DNA of 63,698 bases, counting the filler, from Thraustochytrium aureum (lineage: Eukaryota): the NCBI GenBank assembly GCA_012862495.1. It is 5 parts of 4 records of this genome, joined end to end, with 100 filler letters (N's around TTAATTAATTAA, not from the genome) between each part and the next. Parts side by side here need not be neighbours in the genome. Positions count along the whole stretch, not along the records: positions 48,349 to 59,989 come from BLSG01000356.1; positions 60,090 to 62,277 come from BLSG01000360.1; positions 62,378 to 63,698 come from BLSG01000385.1; 2 more parts are not named here. The stretch is one strand, 5' to 3'. The notes under the pieces are model-generated. The model ran no database searches. It had not been told where the DNA came from and saw only the letters and a program-made list of their open reading frames with translations. Of this stretch, positions 57,354 to 63,698 are shown piece after piece (the stretch's first letter is position 1; each line of letters begins with the position of its first letter). A program made the position numbers and the translations under genes.

Positions 57354-59316
57354 ATGGCGGGCGCCGTTCGCGCGATGGACGCGTTTGAGGATCTTGACGA
57401 CGACGGGCTGGACCTGGAAGACGCAGGCTCGCTGCTGCGCTCGGGCCCGGTGCTCTCGCGCGTGTCTCGAGCGCTCGCCGAGGGCGTGTTCGGCGTGAGC
57501 GAAGAGGACTGGCGGGGCGCGTGCGACGCAGCTCGCTTTGAGGCCGACACGCTGCGCGACGCAGACGCGGCCGCCGCCGAGGTGACCCGGCTCGCGGGCG
57601 TCGTGCCCGAGGACGACCGGAACGGGCTCTTCGAGCTGTGGGCGCACGTTCTCTGCACGCGAATCAGCGCGCACCTGCGCGAACGCTCCGCCGCCGGAGC
57701 CAGTGCGACAGCTCCCTGGGAGCAGGCCGTCGGGCTGAGCGAGCTCTACGAGCGCGGCCTGCTCCCGCGGGCGAGCAGTGCGAGCAGCGCGAGCACCGCA
57801 CCGGGGACCGTAGGCGACGCTGGCGCTTCCGCGTCTCCCGCGGCTGCTCCGCCTCCCGCGGCTGATGCGCCTCCCGCGGCTGCTCCGCCTCCCGCGGCTG
57901 ATGCGCCGGTGGTCGACCTGGCGAGCGGCCCGAGCGAGCTCGTCTCTGTCTTTGAGGTAATGCAGCGCAACAAGGTGCCCGACCCCACGCTGGCGATCGA
58001 GGAGCGCGTGGAGGAGGTGTGCCTGCAGACCTACAAGGCCAAGTAGGGCCCGAGGCAGTGCCGCCGCGCCACACGCGCCGAACGCTCAAGTTCAACACGT
58101 ACCTCTACGACGACGAATGGTTCGTCTTCGGCTGCCTCACGCAAGCGCTGCTGTGCATGGTCCGCGAGGAGGAGCTCGTGCTCGCCGAGCACGCGTCGGT
58201 GCAGCCCGCTGCGACGCCGGTCGCCGCCGCCGTGAAGCCCGTCGCAGCGAAGCCCCCCGCCGAGGTGGTTGATCTCGAAAACGCAGGCAGCAGCCCTGCC
58301 AAGCGGCTGCGGTCCGTCCACTCGATGAACAACGAATCGTTCGCGAGCAGCGAAGGGTCGCGAATGTTCGGCGGGGCGCCGCACCTTGGATTTGGCGCCG
58401 GTGGCCCGATGGGTGGGTTCGGCGGCGGCTACGGGTATGCAGCAGCCACCGCCGCAGCAGCAGCACCAGCAGCAGCAGCACCAGCAGCAGACGCAGCAGC
58501 CTGGGTACGGTGGATACGGCGGTGGCTACGGCCAGCAGTATGGCAGCGGTTTCGGTGGAGGCAGCGGCGGCAGCGGGGGGCGCGCCAGACGACCGCGTCA
58601 AGTGGAGCACGGTGCTGAGCGGCATGTCGCTGGACGTGCCGCCCGAGCTGCAGGGCGAGGTGATGCGCGCCGCTGGGNNNNNNNNNNNNNNNNNNNNNNN
58701 NNNNNNNNNNNNNNNNNNNNNNNNNNNNNNNNNNNNNNNNNNNNNNNNNNNNNNNNNNNNNNNNNNNNNNNNNNNNNNNNNNNNNNNNNNNNNNNNNNNN
58801 NNNNNNNNNNNNNNNNNNNNNNNNNNNNNNNNNNNNNNNNNNNNNNNNNNNNNNNNNNNNNNNNNNNNNNNNNNNNNNNNNNNNNNNNNNNNNNNNNNNN
58901 NNNNNNNNNNNNNNNNNNNNNNNNNNNNNNNNNNNNNNNNNNNNNNNNNNNNNNNNNNNNNNNNNNNNNNNNNNNNNNNNNNNNNNNNNNNNNNNNNNNN
59001 NNNNNNNNNNNNNNNNNNNNNNNNNNNNNNNNNNNNNNNNNNNNNNNNNNNNNNNNNNNNNNNNNNNNNNNNNNNNNNNNNNNNNNNNNNNNNNNNNNNN
59101 NNNNNNNNNNNNNNNNNNNNNNNNNNNNNNNNNNNNNNNNNNNNNNNNNNNNNNNNNNNNNNNNNNNNNNNNNNNNNCTTCGGCGGCATGGGCGCCAGCA
59201 TGGGCGCCAGCATGGGCGGGTACGGCGCTTTCGGCCCGCCTGGCGGTGGCGGCGGCATGGGCGGCTTCGGCACGCCGCCGACGTACGCTGCCGTGGTCGG
59301 CCAGCGCCGCTGGTAG
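57354..59316 (+). CDS. Hypothetical protein with Pro/Ala repeat, a repeated small helical domain and G/Q/Y-rich low-complexity regions (frameshifts ~58045, ~58435, ~58578; gap)
   Basis: Consecutive ORFs 57354-58046, 58019-, 58386- and 58510-59316 join into one coherent protein with strong codon bias; 18-nt tandem repeat at 57837-57907. Confidence 0.55.
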
Positions 59317-59595
59317 GGTTCTACCCTGAGGAGCAGGGAGCTGTTCACCGCGCTAGGATTTTCCCGTCTCAAATGAGTACCAAATCAACCATAATTAATC
59401 CGAGAAGCCTTCGGAACAATCATCACAAACGAGCGGTTTGCGCACCGTGCGACGACGCACGCGAGTCAAAATGGCGTGCACCGACCACTGTATGAACCGG
59501 ACTTGTGCACGGTCACTCATCAGCGATGAGAGAGGACAACGCGGATTCAGTGACCGCGACCTTGATCGAAGCGCGGTGTGAGCGCTATTTGGGCC

Positions 59596-59837
59596 AAAAA
59601 CTATGCGGAGAGCAGCTCTTTTGAACTTGTGAAATGTGTGCAAGCACGCTGGACAACCACCGACCGACAGCAGAGCAGGCTCTGCAGACGCAAGCAGACA
59701 CTGAACGCCGCAGAGCAACAACCAGCAACAGTTACGTGGCGGCAGCAGCGCGGTTGCGGCAAGGGTTCGAGCGAGCGGAGCGGGCAAGATGGCGGCGCGC
59801 CCAGCGAAGGTCATGATCTCGTACGAGTGGAAGTCAA
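59596..59837 (+). repeat. Right arm of the ~245-bp imperfect inverted repeat (partner 48349-48592)
   Basis: Reverse-complement similarity to the left scaffold end. Confidence 0.9.
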
Positions 59838-59989
59838 CCGTCAACGGAAAGTCAACCAAGATGGTCGTGGACGAGGCCGCGGCGTGGATGAAGCGCGAGA
59901 AGGGCTGGGAGGTCTGGTTCGACCGCCAAAACATACAAGCTGGCAATATCGATGAGGCCATGGCTGACGCGATTGACGGCGCTGACGTC
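59789..59989 (+). CDS. 5' fragment of a TIR-domain (TIR_2-like) gene (right copy), truncated by the scaffold end
   Basis: KVMISYEW (betaA), GWEVWFD (betaB) and GNIDEAMADAIDGADV (alphaB-betaC), the classic TIR N-terminal half. Confidence 0.8.
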
Positions 59990-60089
59990 NNNNNNNNNNN
60001 NNNNNNNNNNNNNNNNNNNNNNNNNNNNNNNNNTTAATTAATTAANNNNNNNNNNNNNNNNNNNNNNNNNNNNNNNNNNNNNNNNNNNN
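59990..60089. other. Artificial scaffold linker
   Basis: N44-TTAATTAATTAA(60034-60045)-N44. Confidence 0.97.
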
Positions 60090-61001
60090 GCCTGGGTGGA
60101 ACTAAAAGGCGTGTTGTGACGTTACCGATAGTGAAATATCAATTGAAATACACTGTTCAATCCTTTTCGCGCAGCGCAGCATGTCGAGGCAACGCAGTGC
60201 GCCTTCCTCGCCCGGTACTGCAGCGTACTGCCGAGCAATGCACACCTTTTTCTCTCCGCGTCGTAAGCCTGCCTGGCCGGCCAGCGACGCGCGAGATCAG
60301 CAGTCCGGTTTTGCACCGTTTTTCGCCACGACGACAGCCTCACCATGACTGGCTCTCGAGCAAGAGCAACGCAGCGCGGGCCACCGTCGACGCAAACGGT
60401 TTCCGTGGATCTCAAGGCGCACACACAGGTGGGCCTCGAGTACTCGACTCGAGCGGGCGAGACTATGTTCTAGCTCCACCCTCCAAAAACGGTGCGCACA
60501 CCGCAATCAGCGTTGCGCTCCCCGATTGAAAGCAGGTAGGCAGGCAGGCAGAATGACAGACCGTCGGCAACCGCTCGGCCGCCGGCCCGCGCACAAATGG
60601 CGAATGCCTGCCAGCTGCGGGTGTCGCTTAGCTGGCTGGCTGGCCGACCGGCAGGCACGTCGAGCGGGTGCAACGTTGCACCGGCAGACCGCGCTTGCAC
60701 CACTCCATCCGCTCACAGGCACACGAGCGCCTCTTGCAAGAGGTCGCGTTGCCGCGGAATCAGTTAACGGGAAGGCCCCGGTAGAGAACCAACTTTTGGC
60801 AGGCGTTTGTGTTGCTCGGTACGCAACCGGTACCACATCGTACCGTTGTCGTTCTCGCGCTTCCGCGTGTTGGGTTTTGGCTCGAGTACGCGGCTGGCCT
60901 TCCTCTAGAGCGCCTGGCCGGCAGATCCCGATCGCTTTAGCAGGGGTTTGACAGTTCGCGCATCCGGCAAGGACCCCAAGAAGCTTCAACGTGCCCAAAA
61001 C

Positions 61002-62183
61002 ATGGTTGGGCTCGTCTCGTTCATCTGGCTTGCCCTCGTCGCCTGCTTCGCGTCGTCTGCCACGAGCGCCCCCGCCGTGAGAAGCCAAGCCATATGCGAA
61101 GAGGAGCAGTGGACGCCCTGCGCAGCGAGTGCAACCTGCCCACTCGGCTGGTGGCACAATGGAGAAACGACGCGGTCCACGGCAGCCCGGGAGTGGAACT
61201 TTTGCAGTATAGCTGGGGAGAGCAAGTACAAGTGCTGCAAGAGCACGAAAAGACTCGCGTGCGTCTACCCCCCTGGCGTAAATTGCGCTGGCACGGCGCT
61301 CTACGACGGCAGCGAAAACCAAGCAACTGCTGTCACCAGTATCAACATGAACCTGCCAGACATCGGGAGCGCGTTCAACTTCCGAAATGGACCGTTCAGC
61401 TCGTTCCCCTCTGTATGCTGCCCGAGCGGCTCTACGACTCAAGTCGAATGCAAGGCATCGTATTCGTTCTTCAACACGGAATTGTCCATGACCCTTTCCG
61501 GGTGCGATTGCAAAAAGGCACAAGTGTGCGCAATGCCGGTGCAGACGAAACCCCCAGAGCCCACCTCTGCATACGGGGAGCCCTTTCAAGGCATTCCAAC
61601 CTTGGTGCAAGCCGGTTTGTCCATACCCGCCCTAGGCAACCTGAACCACCGGATCGCCGACTCTGGCGTCACGCTACGAACGTCCGACGCGACGAATGCT
61701 ACTCTCACCATCGTGGTCGAAGGTTCCTTTTCGAGCTCGAACACGCCGATTGCACTGTGCATCGAGTACCACAGTCGCGCAGATACAGAGTGGAACAATC
61801 TGCCCGGCAGCGACCCGATGTCCTGCTTCACCTGGCCTGGCACCACAAGCTTTTACAGCTCGACAGGCAGTCAACTCGCGGCAGCATTCGATCCATCGCG
61901 CGCGTACCCGTATGTCTCGATCGGCATGTGGATGCAGGATCTCGTGAACGTGGTCGACATCCAGGGCCCCGTGTCCCATTCTGTGATATCGTACCGCCAG
62001 CGCACGTCGACGTCAGCCCCAGTGCCCAGCCCGACGGATGCTCCGTTCGCTAGCTTGACCATTCCGCCGGCGACCCGCCCCACGTTCCTGCCAGACGTCA
62101 ACCCCACCACGTCAGCGGGATGTGTGGCCAGCCCGTCGACGATGCTCGCACTCGGCGTCGCCATGGCACGCATGCTGCTCTGA
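61002..62183 (+). CDS. Secreted, Cys-rich, probably GPI-anchored surface protein of unknown family
   Basis: Signal peptide MVGLVSFIWLALVACFASSATS, Cys-rich N-terminal half, Pro/Thr stalk and hydrophobic C-terminus after S-A-G. Confidence 0.7.
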   Translation: MVGLVSFIWLALVACFASSATSAPAVRSQAICEEEQWTPCAASATCPLGWWHNGETTRSTAAREWNFCSIAGESKYKCCKSTKRLACVYPPGVNCAGTALYDGSENQATAVTSINMNLPDIGSAFNFRNGPFSSFPSVCCPSGSTTQVECKASYSFFNTELSMTLSGCDCKKAQVCAMPVQTKPPEPTSAYGEPFQGIPTLVQAGLSIPALGNLNHRIADSGVTLRTSDATNATLTIVVEGSFSSSNTPIALCIEYHSRADTEWNNLPGSDPMSCFTWPGTTSFYSSTGSQLAAAFDPSRAYPYVSIGMWMQDLVNVVDIQGPVSHSVISYRQRTSTSAPVPSPTDAPFASLTIPPATRPTFLPDVNPTTSAGCVASPSTMLALGVAMARMLL

Positions 62184-62277
62184 CGAGGAAGGCGCGCACG
62201 ACGATCGCCGGAACGGGCCGCACCCGCCCAAGCCAAACAACCACAAACCGATTTTCCTCTCCTTCGCCACGACCTGA

Positions 62278-62377
62278 NNNNNNNNNNNNNNNNNNNNNNN
62301 NNNNNNNNNNNNNNNNNNNNNTTAATTAATTAANNNNNNNNNNNNNNNNNNNNNNNNNNNNNNNNNNNNNNNNNNNN
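62278..62377. other. Artificial scaffold linker
   Basis: N44-TTAATTAATTAA(62322-62333)-N44. Confidence 0.97.
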
Positions 62378-62455
62378 CGCCACTGTGCAAGCGCCCTCGG
62401 GCTCGCTCTGTTCTGATCATGCCAAGGCAGCCCCGCTACATTTTCAAAAACAAAC

Positions 62456-62542
62456 GCAGGCCCGCAATCGCAGCAGGCCCGCAATCGCAGCAGGACCGCA
62501 ATCGCAGCAGGACCGCATCGAGCAGGACGCAAGCAGGACCGC
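62456..62542. repeat. Degenerating 17-bp minisatellite (gcagg(c/a)ccgcaatcgca)
   Basis: Three full copies followed by progressively shortened copies, with no spacers. Confidence 0.8.
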
Positions 62543-63308
62543 GGCGACGGACAACCTGACCTGCTGCGTGTTGTCTTGCTATCACCGGCGCTCATGCCGC
62601 GGCGGCGCCGCCCGAGAGCGTCTTCTTGGCACAACAGACGAAGAGGAGACCAGCTGCCCGGCCAGCTGCAGCGCTGCTCCTGCAGCTGCTCTAGCTCCAG
62701 CTCCAGCAGAAGCTCCAGGGTGGTTGAGGCAGCATCCGCGCCCCAGTGCGCGCGGCCCGCAGGCTGTTGTTGTCTCACGCCGTGCGAGCAAGGTTACCGT
62801 TAGCCCCGATCGCTGGGCAAGCAAGGCCGGCCAGCAGCACGGCCTCGACGCGCGGGCTCTGCAAACGGCTCGCCGCCTCTAGAGTTGCGTCAACGTGCGG
62901 AGGGAGGGAGGCCCGACGGTTCGTTCGTGCTCGAGCAGAGCGCGGTACTGCGGGCAAGAGCGGCGGGTGGCCAGCCAGGCAAGCAGGCGGACCGGCGGAC
63001 CGGCGGGCAACACGGCCGGCCAGCCCAGCAAGCCATGTTGCATGCCAGCCAATGAGGGTGCCAGCCCAGCAGCGCGGCAACGGACGGCGCTTTGCCTCAC
63101 ACCGCGAGAGAGAGGGCGGCAGTTGGCGGGCTGCCAGCCAGGCAGGCAGGCAGGCAGGCAGCCAGGCAGCCAGGCAGGCAGCCAGGCCCCAGAGCTCCGA
63201 CTCGCGCAGCGCAAGACAGCTCGCTGGTCCGCTGGCGAGGCTGGCGAGGCGCGCGGCTGTTGCACCGGCCCATGCGCTGCGCCTCGGCGGCGGTTGTGCG
63301 CCCTCCCT

Positions 63309-63340
63309 GCCTCCTCCTCCTCCTCCTCCTCCTCCTCCTC
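63309..63340. repeat. (CCT)n microsatellite
   Basis: Tandem cct run. Confidence 0.9.
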
Positions 63341-63636
63341 ACCGTTCAAATATTCAAACGTACACCCCACTGTCACTCCCCCTCACGGAACAACCCCATC
63401 CTTAAGATTCCCCGATATGCCTCACGGGTTCCCCTACTCTCCTCTCAGCGCCGCGCACCTATTCTCCCGAGAGGAGCATACGCTGGCAGGGCGCAGAGGA
63501 CAGCGAGAGGAAAAGCAGAGGAAAAAAGCAGAGAGAACCATCGTGAGCGATGGTTCCAGAATTGACAAGCAGGCAAGAGAGGAGGCAGGCAGCAAGCAGG
63601 CAGGCAGGCAGGCAGACACCCAACGCAGCGGCGGAG

Positions 63637-63639
<3 letters not shown>

Positions 63640-63687
<48 letters not shown>

Positions 63688-63698
63688 GAGGAGGAGGA
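63640..63698. repeat. (CAG)n(GAG)n microsatellite
   Basis: Compound trinucleotide run at the end of the window. Confidence 0.9.

Noticed and set aside
62456..62542. Possible CRISPR-like array
   Set aside because: Head-to-tail 17-bp units with no unique spacers, eukaryotic context and no cas genes.
1..63698. tRNA, rRNA or transposase/reverse transcriptase genes
   Set aside because: None recognisable by eye; a tRNAscan/Infernal run would be needed to exclude small RNAs.

Overview
GC-rich, intron-poor eukaryotic DNA, most likely from a stramenopile protist of the thraustochytrid/labyrinthulomycete type (inferred from a Sig3/Ocm3-type mastigoneme gene, an ankyrin-PH myosin, short GT-AG introns and GCAG/CCAG microsatellites). 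It is a draft pseudomolecule: five scaffolds are joined by artificial 100-nt N44-TTAATTAATTAA-N44 linkers, there are many N gaps, and many conserved genes carry single-base frameshifts that are probably sequencing errors. Scaffolds 1-2 (1-48248) hold ordinary host genes: ARMC6, an SGNH hydrolase, a thioesterase II, a GLTP-domain protein, a PLP aminotransferase, SRP68, a large vWA/coiled-coil protein, an Fe-ADH, strawberry notch, a mastigoneme protein, an EF-hand Kv channel, myosin, SAC3/GANP, a bZIP with SnoaL-like domains and a BMT5-like methyltransferase. The standout is the third scaffold (48349-59989). It carries a compact, intronless, membrane-protein-rich cluster that looks like an endogenous DNA-virus segment: a putative single jelly-roll penton/minor capsid protein, two TM2-domain paralogs, a tail-anchored PI-PLC, AT-rich orphan ORFs and overlapping stop codons. 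Both scaffold ends carry a ~245-bp inverted repeat containing the upstream region and start of an outward-facing TIR-domain gene. All protein assignments come from motif recognition by eye; no database searches were run.
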